Shown here one piece after another: positions 18,003 through 28,177 of a stretch of DNA of 64,000 nucleotides (its first letter is position 1; each line of letters begins with the position of its first letter). The stretch comes from Patescibacteria group bacterium. Its GTDB lineage: Bacteria > Patescibacteriota > Patescibacteriia > Patescibacteriales > UBA12465. Below the pieces are notes generated by a model that made no database searches, had not been told where the DNA came from, and worked only from the letters and a program-made list of their open reading frames with translations. Both the position numbers and the translations under genes were made by a program. The stretch spans positions 116,459 to 180,458 of the forward strand of contig JBAZBP010000001.1 of assembly GCA_041671365.1 (NCBI GenBank). Direction: 5' to 3'.

Positions 18003-18944
18003 ATGCTTAAAAAAAAATTATTGATTATAATCGGCGGTTTAATTTTTCTGGTTTTATTGGCATTAATTATAGCGATGAATTTTTTGTCGACGGTAAAACC
18101 ACTCTTAACCGGACAAGCGGATAAAATCAAAGTGACCGCCAGTTTTTATCCTTTGTATTTTTTTGCTGGTGTAATTGGCGGTCAACGGGCAATAGTAAGC
18201 AATATTACACCAGCTGGTACTGAACCTCATGATTACGAACCAACGGCGGCCGACATGATACAAATTGAAACTAGCCGGTTATTAATATTGAATGGCGGTG
18301 GCTTGGAAACGTGGACTCAAAATATCAAGCAAAATATTAATTTCCGACAGACGTTAGTGATTAGGGCGGGTGAAAATTTAACTAATCAAGGAATAAATAA
18401 AAATAATCAGGAAATTGTTGATCCGCACGTTTGGCTGAGTCCGGTTTTAGCTCAGCAAATGGTTGATAAAATTACTCGTGGTTTTATTGCTGTCGATCCG
18501 GCTAATCAGATTTATTATCAAGCTAATGCCGATAAACTTAAGATTCAATTAACTCAGTTAGACGAAGAATATGTTCGCGGTTTAAGCCATTGCTCTCATC
18601 AGGATATTGTCACGGCTCATGCGGCTTTTGCTTATTTAGCCTTCCAATATCATTTTAATCAATTGCCAATTGCCGGTTTATCGCCTGAGGCCGAGCCGGC
18701 ACCGCAACAATTAATTAATATAATCCAGCTTGTTAAAAGTCGTCAAATAAAATATATATTTTTTGAAAGTTTGGTTAGCCCTAAATTGGCGCAGATGATT
18801 GCTCAAGAAGTAGGTGCTCAGACCTTAATTCTTAACCCCCTGGAAGGATTGACCGCTACTGAAGTAGCTCAAAATCAGAATTATTTTACGGTCATGCGCG
18901 CTAACTTAGTCAATTTACAAAAAGCCCTTGAATGCCAATTATAA
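18003..18944 (+). CDS. znuA: Zn/Mn ABC transporter substrate-binding protein
   Basis: Motifs EPHDYEPT, DPHVWLSP, HAAFAYL and LNPLE. Confidence 0.9.
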   Translation: MLKKKLLIIIGGLIFLVLLALIIAMNFLSTVKPLLTGQADKIKVTASFYPLYFFAGVIGGQRAIVSNITPAGTEPHDYEPTAADMIQIETSRLLILNGGGLETWTQNIKQNINFRQTLVIRAGENLTNQGINKNNQEIVDPHVWLSPVLAQQMVDKITRGFIAVDPANQIYYQANADKLKIQLTQLDEEYVRGLSHCSHQDIVTAHAAFAYLAFQYHFNQLPIAGLSPEAEPAPQQLINIIQLVKSRQIKYIFFESLVSPKLAQMIAQEVGAQTLILNPLEGLTATEVAQNQNYFTVMRANLVNLQKALECQL

Positions 18945-19720
18945 ACTATATGCCGTTTGTTGATCATAATAAAAATATTATTGAAGTTAATCATGTGTTC
19001 TTTTCTTATGGTACCAATACCGTTTTAATCGATGTAAATTTAGCTATTCATCGGGGTGATTATTTGGGAATTATTGGTCCCAATGGCGCCGGAAAAACAA
19101 CTTTATTTAAAATCATGCTCGGTCTTTTAACTCCAAAAAGTGGAACGGTTAAATTATTTGGTGTTGATATTCGCAATTTTCAAGATCATTTAAAGGTTGC
19201 TTATGTGCCGCAAAAGGCGTCAAACTTTGACGTTAATTTTCCGATAACCGTTAAAGAGGTGGTAGCCATGGGCCGTTATGCTAAAAAAGGATTATTTCAT
19301 AATCTGCAGGCAGAGGATAACAAAATAATTAGGAATTCTTTGGAGCAAGTAAAAATGCAAGAGTATGCCAATGTTTTAATCGGTGAACTGTCTGGGGGAG
19401 AAGTCCAACGAGTCTTTATTGCCCGGGCCTTAGCGGGTCAGCCGGAAGTTGTTTTTTTGGATGAACCGACGGCGGGCATCGATCAGAAATCGCAAGATGA
19501 TTTTTATGGCTTGTTAAAAGAATTAAATCAAAAAATGGGCTTAACTTTAGTTTTAATATCTCATGACATTGAAAGATTAACCAAAGAAGTAATGCATATC
19601 GCCTGCTTGGATCATAATTTAGTTTGTCATAATTCTCCCGAAGAGTTTCTTCGCGACAGCGATTCTTTAAACCTTGACGGGCAGAAGGTTAAGGTTATTA
19701 CCCATCATCATTATAATTAA
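18932..19720 (+). CDS. znuC: Zn/Mn ABC transporter ATPase (start may be 18950)
   Basis: Motifs GPNGAGKT, YVPQ, LSGGE and LDEPT. Confidence 0.9.
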   Translation: MPIINYMPFVDHNKNIIEVNHVFFSYGTNTVLIDVNLAIHRGDYLGIIGPNGAGKTTLFKIMLGLLTPKSGTVKLFGVDIRNFQDHLKVAYVPQKASNFDVNFPITVKEVVAMGRYAKKGLFHNLQAEDNKIIRNSLEQVKMQEYANVLIGELSGGEVQRVFIARALAGQPEVVFLDEPTAGIDQKSQDDFYGLLKELNQKMGLTLVLISHDIERLTKEVMHIACLDHNLVCHNSPEEFLRDSDSLNLDGQKVKVITHHHYN

Positions 19721-19734
19721 TTTTTCTTAATTAA

Positions 19735-20535
19735 ATGTTATTCGATGTTTTTCAATACAGCTTTATGGTTAGGAGTTTAATTGCCGGTTTGATTGTGGCG
19801 CTTATCGCGCCGCTTATCGGAATTTTTTTAGTACTGAAGAGATATTCTCTCGTGGCCGACACTCTTAGTCATGTTTCTTTGGCCGGGATTGCTTTGGGCT
19901 TATTTTTCGGGGTTAACCCCGCACTGACAGCTCTAGGGGCGACGGTAGTGGCGGCCGTGGGGATTGAAAAATTACGAAGTTCGAAAAAAATTTACGGGGA
20001 ATCGGCCTTGGCGCTATATCTTTCCGGCAGCTTAGCTTTGGCCATTGTGTTGCTTAGTTTGGCTCATGGCTTTAACGCCAATCTTTTTAGTTATTTATTC
20101 GGCAGTATAGTTATGGTCACAGTTGGCGATATTTATGAAATCGCTATTTTAGCGTTAATTGTTATTATAACATTGGTTGTCTTTTTTAAAGAATTGGTTT
20201 TTATTACCTTTGACGAAGAAGCGGCCCGAGTTAGCGGATTACCGTTGCGGCTGCTTAACTTTATTTTTATTATTCTGGCCGCCTTAACTGTTTCCTTGGC
20301 TGTCCCCATAGTTGGTATTTTGCTTATTGCCGCGCTTATCGTAATTCCGGCAGTAACAGCCTTGCAATTAAAAAAGGGCTTTGTCCCGACAATTATTTAT
20401 GCGGAAATTTTTTCGGTAGTTTCCGTTATTTCCGGGATATTTTTATCTTTTTATTTTAATTTGGCGACCGGCGGAACGATCGTTTTGCTTATGATCCTAA
20501 TTTTTTTGGCAGTTTTTATTAGTCGGCGTCGGTAA
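19735..20535 (+). CDS. znuB: Zn/Mn ABC transporter permease
   Basis: Motifs DTLSHVSLAG, YLFGSI and FDEEAA. Confidence 0.9.
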   Translation: MLFDVFQYSFMVRSLIAGLIVALIAPLIGIFLVLKRYSLVADTLSHVSLAGIALGLFFGVNPALTALGATVVAAVGIEKLRSSKKIYGESALALYLSGSLALAIVLLSLAHGFNANLFSYLFGSIVMVTVGDIYEIAILALIVIITLVVFFKELVFITFDEEAARVSGLPLRLLNFIFIILAALTVSLAVPIVGILLIAALIVIPAVTALQLKKGFVPTIIYAEIFSVVSVISGIFLSFYFNLATGGTIVLLMILIFLAVFISRRR

Positions 20536-20556
20536 GCGGAGATGATATAAATTTCT

Positions 20557-22581
20557 ATGTTCAAAGAGTTAAAAACAGAAAAATTTCTCAAAATTTTTAT
20601 TTTTACGGGTTTATTGTTTTTAGTTCTTATTATTTTTTCGCAGAAAATTGAATTTACCTCTATTGATCTGGGGCGACACTTGGAAAACGGAAAAATTATT
20701 TGGCAGAACCCTCAGGTTTTATTTACAAATTTTTACTCTTATACCGAAACTAATAACTTTTTCATTAACCATCATTGGTTGTCGGGAGTTATTTTTTATG
20801 GATTTTATTTGATTGGCGGTTATCAATTACTGTCTTTATTTAATATTTTATTGGCACTCGCAATTTTCGGGCTAACTTTTAATTTAGCCAGAAAAAAAAC
20901 AGGTTTTTATTTAAGCGGTTTTTTATCTTTACCGGTAATTTTTTTACTTAGCGAACGGGTAGAGATTCGTCCGGAAGCTTTTAGTTATTTATTTATTATT
21001 TTAACTTGGTCGATTATTACCTCCGTGGCGGCAGATAAAAATTTTCGTCGTTTAAATTGGTTAATTCCGCTTTTCTTGTTTTGGGTAAATCTCCATATCT
21101 ATTTTTTCATCGGCCTAGTTCTTGTCGGTTTTCAGGCGATGGCCGAATTTTTGCCACCATTTTTTCGAAACGCGGATAATTTAAAAAGTCGTCTGCTGGC
21201 CGGTTGGCTAGCGGCCCGACTCTGGATAAAAAGACTGGTAATATTAATTTTTGTTTGTTTATTAAATCCTAATACTTGGCGGGGATTATTTTATCCTTTT
21301 AATATTTTACACAATTATGGTTATGAGATTGCGGAGAATAAAACTATTTTCTATCTCGGCCATTTGATGATTAATTATAATTTTTTCATTTTTAAAAGCC
21401 TCTTGTTTTTAATGGTTTTTAGTTTAATTGCGGATTTCTTGATTACTAAAAAATTGCGACTTTTTTCTTTATTTTCGATAGTTTTTTTCTCGGTGCTGGG
21501 ATTGTTTGCTGCCCGCAATCTGGCTTTGTTCGGGTTGATATCCTTAGTTCTAATCAGTGATAATTTAGTGAGCTTGAAAGATTTTTTCCTGAGCCGACCG
21601 CCGCTTATAAAATTAGTTAGCCGCCGGCCGATCCGCTTGTATTTAGCCGGTATTTTACTTTTGCTTATTGTCAGTAGTTTTTTTTACTTGATAGCCAGCG
21701 CTTCTTATTCGTCTAGTTTTTTTAAGAGACCCTTGGGTTTAGATTTAAACGATGGTAGTGCGGATTCGGTGAAATTTTTTAAAGATAATCATCTTAGCGG
21801 GCCGATATTCAATAATTATGATATCGGCAGTGCTTTGATTTTTTGGCTTTATCCGCAGGAAAAAGTTTTTGTCGATAATCGTCCGGAAGCCTACAGTGAA
21901 AAATTTTTTAAAGATATTTATAAACCCCTGCAGACCGATCCGGCTCTCTGGCGAACCGTCAGCGCTAAATATAATTTTAAAACGATATACTTTTCTCATA
22001 CCGATTCTACTCCTTGGGCGCGTCAATTCTTGAGTTTTATTTTAACCGATGAAAATTGGTCTTTGGTTTACTTTGATCGTTATGCGGTTATCTTGGTTAA
22101 TAAAAAATTAACCGACCCGGCTATCGTCAAAAAATTGGCTCTAGATAATTTAGCTTTCCGGGATCGCTTGCGAGTTCTGGCAGCCGCCGCCGATTTAAGA
22201 GGTAAATTTAATTTAGCTTCTTTGGCGGAGGAGAATGGGCAGACCGATTTGGCCCAATCAATTTATCAAGATATTTTATTTGTTTATCCTGGTAATCAGC
22301 AGGCCTTGGTGGCCCTGGGATCTTTATATGCCGGCAGTCAAAGCAATATTGATCTGCAAATAGCCCTGACTTATTTTAATCGCGCTCGGGAATCCGGATA
22401 TCGGCTTCCGGGAATTTATAATCAAATCGCTTTAGTTTATTGGCGTTTGAATAATTATCAGAAAGCCGAAGACGCTTGGCGTTCGGCTTTAGATTTAGAT
22501 AAAAATGATTCGACTGCTTTATATTATTTACAACAGATTAAGTCGCTGCGGTTAGAGGGCAGGTTGCCGCTAGTTAAATAA
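20557..22581 (+). CDS. Multi-TM GT-C-like membrane protein with C-terminal TPR repeats
   Basis: DLGRHL...INHHWL, RPE, WVNLH; about 11 TM helices; C-terminal TPR-like repeats (YNQIALVYWRLNNYQKAEDAWRSALDLD). Confidence 0.7.
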   Translation: MFKELKTEKFLKIFIFTGLLFLVLIIFSQKIEFTSIDLGRHLENGKIIWQNPQVLFTNFYSYTETNNFFINHHWLSGVIFYGFYLIGGYQLLSLFNILLALAIFGLTFNLARKKTGFYLSGFLSLPVIFLLSERVEIRPEAFSYLFIILTWSIITSVAADKNFRRLNWLIPLFLFWVNLHIYFFIGLVLVGFQAMAEFLPPFFRNADNLKSRLLAGWLAARLWIKRLVILIFVCLLNPNTWRGLFYPFNILHNYGYEIAENKTIFYLGHLMINYNFFIFKSLLFLMVFSLIADFLITKKLRLFSLFSIVFFSVLGLFAARNLALFGLISLVLISDNLVSLKDFFLSRPPLIKLVSRRPIRLYLAGILLLLIVSSFFYLIASASYSSSFFKRPLGLDLNDGSADSVKFFKDNHLSGPIFNNYDIGSALIFWLYPQEKVFVDNRPEAYSEKFFKDIYKPLQTDPALWRTVSAKYNFKTIYFSHTDSTPWARQFLSFILTDENWSLVYFDRYAVILVNKKLTDPAIVKKLALDNLAFRDRLRVLAAAADLRGKFNLASLAEENGQTDLAQSIYQDILFVYPGNQQALVALGSLYAGSQSNIDLQIALTYFNRARESGYRLPGIYNQIALVYWRLNNYQKAEDAWRSALDLDKNDSTALYYLQQIKSLRLEGRLPLVK

Positions 22582-23259
22582 TTTTTCACTGATTAAAGTT
22601 TTTATGGCTAAAAGTCCGTCGCGGGCTTTTATTTTTTTTCCCTCCTTATAGCCTCGTCGGACGTAATGAATAGGAAATTCTTTTATATTATAGCCGGCTT
22701 TTAATAATTGGGCGGTAATCTCCGGCTCGATTTCAAAACGTCGCCCTGTTAATTTTATAGTTTTTAGGGCAGTTACGGGAATTAGTTTGAAGCAAGTTTC
22801 CATGTCGGTTAGTCGGCTGCCGAACAGAAGGTTGGTGAGCGTCGTTAAAAATTTATTAATGAGATAATGAAAACTGATTGTCGGTCGAGCTAGAAAACGC
22901 GAACCGTAAATTACAGTTCGCGTGTCTTTAGTAGAAAGCATTTGTGTTAATAAATAAACGATATCTAGCGCTTGATATTCCAAGTCGGCATCACAAATAA
23001 TAAAATAATCGCCTTTTATTTCTTCTAATCCGCGCTTAATCGCCGCCCCTTTGCCCTGATTACTTGCTTGGTCTATTAATTTAAAATCGTATTTTTTTTT
23101 CAATTCTTGGAGGATAGTTCGAGTGTTATCGGTTGAGCCGTCATTTATAATTAGCACTTCTTTATTGATGTTTAAATTAAAAATTATCGGCAGAGAGCCG
23201 GCCACAATATTTTCTTCGTTATAAATAGGCACAATAATTGATAATAATTTTTCCGCCAT
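22570..23259 (-). CDS. GT2 glycosyltransferase, polyprenol-phosphate sugar synthase (DPM1-like)
   Basis: Motifs PIYNE, NDGSTD, NQGKG, DADLEY, YGSRF, TDMETCFK and FEIEPEIT. Confidence 0.9.
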   Translation of the reverse strand: MAEKLLSIIVPIYNEENIVAGSLPIIFNLNINKEVLIINDGSTDNTRTILQELKKKYDFKLIDQASNQGKGAAIKRGLEEIKGDYFIICDADLEYQALDIVYLLTQMLSTKDTRTVIYGSRFLARPTISFHYLINKFLTTLTNLLFGSRLTDMETCFKLIPVTALKTIKLTGRRFEIEPEITAQLLKAGYNIKEFPIHYVRRGYKEGKKIKARDGLLAIKTLISEKLFN

Positions 23260-23271
23260 AATAATCAGTCG

Positions 23272-25791
23272 TTAATTTTTAATAGCCATTTGTTTATAAA
23301 ATAATTGTTTGACTATCTCCATAACAATTAAATAGACTATAACGATTAAGAAGATGGCAACGAAAGCGGCCATCGGTAGAGGACTAAAACCGAAGAACCC
23401 CCCAATTCCTTTAAAAGTTAAAATGATACCAATTAATATCGCTCCTAAAGTACTGATTATTAAAGATTTACTAGGGCTTGATTGTAAAAAAGGAGTTTTT
23501 TGAGTTCTAATAATATAAATTACTAAAATTTGTGTGGCTAAAGATTCGACAAACCAGCCGGCTTGAAAGGTAGCGACATTAAAATGAAAAACACCATACA
23601 AAACATAGAAGGTTAAAAAATCAAAAATAGAGCTAATCGGCCCAAAGACTATCATGTATTTTTTAATAAAAGACATATTCCAGTGTTTTGGTTTTTTTAA
23701 ATATTCTAAGTCCACGTTGTCGGTGGGAATGGATAATTGGGCGCTGTCGTAAATAAAATTATTAAGTAATATTTGGCCGGCGGTCATTGGGAAAAAAGGA
23801 AGAAATAAGCTGGCACCGATCATTGAAAACATATTGCCAAAATTAGAACTCAGACTCATGAGCAGATATTTCATGGTATTGCCGAAGGATTTTCGTCCTT
23901 CCAGTATCCCCGCCATTAATTCTTTTAACCCTTTTTTCATGAGAATAATATCCGCCGTTTCCTTGGCTACATCTACGCCGTTATCGACCGAAATGCCGAC
24001 ATCGGCCGTTTTTAAAGAGGGAGCGTCATTAATACCGTCTCCCAGGTAGCCGACGATAGAACCGTTTCTTTTTAGTTCCATAATTATTTTTTCCTTTTGA
24101 CTGGGGCTAAGCCGAGCGCAGATTGTGGCATTTTTAACTTTTTTATAAACTTCTTCATCGGTCAAGCGATTTAAATCTAAATCCTCTCCCGTTATTATTC
24201 CGGTCACATTTAGGCCTAAATCGGCACAAATTTTTTTAGTGACCAGCGGGCTGTCGCCGGTTAAGATTTTAATCTCCACGCCGTGCTTTTTCATAAAAAT
24301 TAAGGTTTTTTCCACGTCGGCCTTAGGTGGGTCATAAAAAGCCATAAATCCTCTAAGGGTTAAATTGTTTTCTTCGTTTAGAGAATATTGTTCTTTTTCG
24401 TCGTCAAGAGTTTTTTCGGTAATTGCTAAAATTCTCAAACCTTCATTACTGAAATTATCGTATAAAGTTTGAGCTTGTTTTAAAATTTCCGGCGTTATTA
24501 ATATCCGTTTATCGTTAAAAAAATAATGAGTACAAATTTTAAAAATTTCTTCCGGAGCGCCCTTAGTGATCATGGTCAGGATACCTTCTTTTTTATAGAT
24601 AATTGAAGAACGTTTGCGATTAAAATCATAAGGCAGTTCTTTGATTTTGGTGTAGCCGCTTAATTCTATTTTTTGGTAATCTAGTATCGCTTGGTCTAAA
24701 ATACTTTTGATTCCGGTCTCAAAGTAGCCATTAATGTAAGCGTCTTTAAAAACGTTCGGAGATTCTTGACCGAAAATATCCACGTGTTTAATAACGGTAA
24801 TACGATCTTCGGTTAGAGTCCCGGTTTTATCGGTGCAAAGAATATCCATCGAGCCGAAAGTCGGAATAGCGTTTAATTTTTTTATTAAAACCCCCCCCTT
24901 AGCCATTCGAGTAGCGCTTTTAGCCATGTTAACGCTCATAATCATTGGCAGAAGTTCCGGGGTAACACCTACGGCCACGGCCAGAGAGAAGAGCAGGGAG
25001 TCTAATAGGCCTTTATGTAAAATAGCATTAATTAAGAAAATGCTAGCCACAATAAAGACAATAACGCGGATGATTAAAAAACCAAAATTATTTATCCCTT
25101 TTTCAAAAGCATTTTCTATTTCCGGTCGGGCGATTCTTTGGACGATGCGACCAAATTCGGTGTTTAGACCAATATTGGTCACTAAAAATTGACCAAAACC
25201 GGAAACAACATTGGTTCCTGAAAAAATAGCATTATTTTTATCCGCGTATTTTTCAACCGGCAAGCTTTCACCCGTTAAGCTCGCTTCGTTTAAGAAAAAG
25301 TCAGTAGCACTTATGATTTTACCGTCGGCCGGCACTATATCACCGGCCGCCAAATAGATTATATCGCCGGGTACGATATATTTGGTAGCTAACTCCTGTT
25401 TTTGGCTGTCGCGTAAAATTTCCGCTTTAATCGATAAACGATGAAGAATTTTTTCTACCGCCTGACTGGATTTATGTTCTTGATAAAAATTCAGAGAAAC
25501 ACTTAAAAAAATCATGGATAAAATAATAACCATGCTGCGCAGCTCTCCGGTTAATCCGGAAATAAGAGCGGCAATCATTAGGATAATAATTAAGGGATTT
25601 TTAAAGTAATTTAAAAATTTAATTAAAGTGTGTTGTTTTTTAGTGCCGGCTATCTCGTTATAGCCATTATCCTTTGAGCGTTTAATAGCTTCCGTGGTCG
25701 TTAGCCCCTGGATTTGCGAATTAACTAGAGTATAGATTTTTTCTATGGGAAGCGATTTTAAATCGACGGTTGTGATTTGAGGAATTTTCAT
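23272..25791 (-). CDS. mgtA: Mg2+-transporting P-type ATPase
   Basis: Motifs LTGES, TPELLP, DKTGTLT, GDGINDAP, SSNFGN and WFVES. Confidence 0.9.
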   Translation of the reverse strand: MKIPQITTVDLKSLPIEKIYTLVNSQIQGLTTTEAIKRSKDNGYNEIAGTKKQHTLIKFLNYFKNPLIIILMIAALISGLTGELRSMVIILSMIFLSVSLNFYQEHKSSQAVEKILHRLSIKAEILRDSQKQELATKYIVPGDIIYLAAGDIVPADGKIISATDFFLNEASLTGESLPVEKYADKNNAIFSGTNVVSGFGQFLVTNIGLNTEFGRIVQRIARPEIENAFEKGINNFGFLIIRVIVFIVASIFLINAILHKGLLDSLLFSLAVAVGVTPELLPMIMSVNMAKSATRMAKGGVLIKKLNAIPTFGSMDILCTDKTGTLTEDRITVIKHVDIFGQESPNVFKDAYINGYFETGIKSILDQAILDYQKIELSGYTKIKELPYDFNRKRSSIIYKKEGILTMITKGAPEEIFKICTHYFFNDKRILITPEILKQAQTLYDNFSNEGLRILAITEKTLDDEKEQYSLNEENNLTLRGFMAFYDPPKADVEKTLIFMKKHGVEIKILTGDSPLVTKKICADLGLNVTGIITGEDLDLNRLTDEEVYKKVKNATICARLSPSQKEKIIMELKRNGSIVGYLGDGINDAPSLKTADVGISVDNGVDVAKETADIILMKKGLKELMAGILEGRKSFGNTMKYLLMSLSSNFGNMFSMIGASLFLPFFPMTAGQILLNNFIYDSAQLSIPTDNVDLEYLKKPKHWNMSFIKKYMIVFGPISSIFDFLTFYVLYGVFHFNVATFQAGWFVESLATQILVIYIIRTQKTPFLQSSPSKSLIISTLGAILIGIILTFKGIGGFFGFSPLPMAAFVAIFLIVIVYLIVMEIVKQLFYKQMAIKN

Positions 25792-25858
25792 AATAATAAA
25801 ACTTATTTTTGTCACTAATATTATAGCATTATTTTTGAATATTTTGTGCCTAGAGATT

Positions 25859-27340
25859 TTAAATAGAATTATTTTTGTTAATCAGGTTTTTTATGGGATC
25901 AAGCGGCAGGGAAACTATAAATCGACTTCCTAGATTAATTTGGCTTTCCACGGTAATGCTGCCGGAAAAATTATGTTCGGTAATATTTTTTACGGAGGCT
26001 AATCCCAATCCCAAACCTCGATCATTTTCGGTTTTAGTGCTAAAAAATGGTTCAAAAATTTTATCTATATTTTCGGCCATAATACCGACGCCCTGGTCAC
26101 TGACTAATATTAAAATTTTATTTTTTTGATTTAATAGTTCAATTTTAATTTCTTTTTTGGAACTATGGTCATTACTTATTTTTATTTGTTCTTCGCTGGC
26201 TTCAATAGCATTAGCCAGTAGATTGATAATGATTTGTCCAAATTTAACAGCATCGCCATAAAACTTTATTATTTCGGTAGAGATAAAATTTATTTGAATT
26301 TTAGCTTGCCGGGCTTTATGAGTTAAAATCTGGATAATTTGTTCAATCTCTTCATTAACGATAAAAACAGTCGGACTGCTTTTTTGTTGAATTTGCTTTT
26401 TGATACCGACAATCAAATTTTCCATTCGATGAGTCGCTAGTAAGGCCTGATCGAGATAAGATTTAGCATTAACTATTTTATCGCCGGCCTCTCCTTTAAT
26501 TTGTTCTAAGTTTAAGGATACGGCCGTTAGGGGGTTAATAAGGTCATGAAAAATACCAGAAGACAGGCGGCCGAATTCGGCCAAGCGATAGAGCTGTATA
26601 ATTTTTTCTTCTTCGGCTTGATGCAGCTGCTTGGTTCGTTCGATTACCTTTATTTCCAGCAACTCATACTCTTCTTGCAATTTTTCTTCGCTTTCGCGGG
26701 CGCTGGCCAGCGCTTGCTTTAAACTGCGTGACAGCAGCCAAATAATCAAGGCGATAACCAGAAGCAATAAGGCATAGATGACGGTGTCGGTGACTTCATT
26801 TTTTTCTGCTCGCCAGTAATCGTTGAATTTTATTAAACTCGTGTGTTGAAAATAAGCCAATAGAATCATAAAAATCCCGATAATGGCGCTACTCATTAAG
26901 ACCGGACCGTCTTCGATTAATAAACCGAATAAACTGATAATTAAAACGGCCAACAGTAAAGAAGTCGGCAAATCCGTTCCCTGGAGGATAAACAAATGAA
27001 ACATCGGAAGAGAATAGGTCGTAATTAACAGCCAAGTGGTAATTTTTATTTGACCTTTTTTAGATAGCCAAAACAAAAAAATTAAAAAAAGAAAAATTAG
27101 ACCAGTATAAATAGGCGGTAAACCGTGTCCCTTGGTACTGGTTGCCCGGTTGATTAATTGAATAAGATTAATCAGAGCAAAGCCGACGATTGAAGAACTT
27201 AAAAGAATATTAAGTAATAATTCCTGGCGGTTTAGATTTTTATCGGGATTTTGGGGCTGAATTAATTTTTTAAAATAATTTTTTATGGATAAGGCGTTTG
27301 TTTGAATGCTAAAAAAGTAGATTTTATTTTTTTTCATCAA
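25859..27340 (-). CDS. Multi-TM sensor histidine kinase
   Basis: H-box FHDLINPL, NLLANA, DQGVG, FEPFFSTK, GLGLGL. Confidence 0.92.
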   Translation of the reverse strand: MMKKNKIYFFSIQTNALSIKNYFKKLIQPQNPDKNLNRQELLLNILLSSSIVGFALINLIQLINRATSTKGHGLPPIYTGLIFLFLIFLFWLSKKGQIKITTWLLITTYSLPMFHLFILQGTDLPTSLLLAVLIISLFGLLIEDGPVLMSSAIIGIFMILLAYFQHTSLIKFNDYWRAEKNEVTDTVIYALLLLVIALIIWLLSRSLKQALASARESEEKLQEEYELLEIKVIERTKQLHQAEEEKIIQLYRLAEFGRLSSGIFHDLINPLTAVSLNLEQIKGEAGDKIVNAKSYLDQALLATHRMENLIVGIKKQIQQKSSPTVFIVNEEIEQIIQILTHKARQAKIQINFISTEIIKFYGDAVKFGQIIINLLANAIEASEEQIKISNDHSSKKEIKIELLNQKNKILILVSDQGVGIMAENIDKIFEPFFSTKTENDRGLGLGLASVKNITEHNFSGSITVESQINLGSRFIVSLPLDPIKNLINKNNSI

Positions 27341-27995
27341 TTTTATAGCCTCGATTCGAAACAGTAAAAATTAATTTTTGTTCTTCTGTTTCTAATTTGC
27401 GGCGCAAATTTCTAATATGGACCTCGATGGTATTAGAAAAAGGGTCGGCATTTTCATCCCAAACATGTTCCATTATATCTTGGCGAGACAGAATCAACCC
27501 CTGATGTTTTAATAAATATTCCAACAGAGCAAATTCTTTCGAGGATAAAGCGATTCGACGGCCGCCGCGGGTAACCAAAAATTTATCCGGGTCCAACTCC
27601 AAATCGTTAATTTTTAAAGTATGGCCCTGCCATGACTTTGGTCGGCGCAAAATGACCTTAATACGGGTCAAAAGTTCCGATAAAGCAAAGGGTTTAGAGA
27701 TGTAATCGTCGGCTCCGAGAGTTAATAAATCGATTTTATCGTTTAGTTCGCTGTGGACGGTGAGCATTAAAATAGGCAGGCTTAGCCCCTCGTATCGCAG
27801 TTTTTTAATAATTTCCCGGCCATTCAGCCCGGGCAAGTTGTAGTCCAAGATAATTAAGTCGTAGCTATTAGTACAAGCCAGAAAGTAGCCGTGCTCGCCG
27901 TTGCCGGTCGCGTCTACGGTGTAATTATCGGCTTTAAGTGTCGGCAAGAGAGTACTAACAATATCCTCATCATCTTCCACTAGCAGTAACCTCAT
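27324..27995 (-). CDS. OmpR-family response regulator
   Basis: LLVEDD, LDYNLP, GADDYISKPF, winged helix IEVHIRNLRRKL. Confidence 0.95.
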   Translation of the reverse strand: MRLLLVEDDEDIVSTLLPTLKADNYTVDATGNGEHGYFLACTNSYDLIILDYNLPGLNGREIIKKLRYEGLSLPILMLTVHSELNDKIDLLTLGADDYISKPFALSELLTRIKVILRRPKSWQGHTLKINDLELDPDKFLVTRGGRRIALSSKEFALLEYLLKHQGLILSRQDIMEHVWDENADPFSNTIEVHIRNLRRKLETEEQKLIFTVSNRGYKIDEKK

Positions 27996-28177
27996 ATTTT
28001 TGTTTTTATTTTAGCGCAAATTTAAGATTTTTACAATTAATGATAAACCATATTAAATTATAGCAAAAGACCGATAAATAAAATTTAAATTTTTTATAAA
28101 GAAAAAATAAAGACCATAATTTTAGCCGGATAGTACCTTGCCTTTGCTTTCATTTAGCGTTAAAATGCTTAAAAGAT

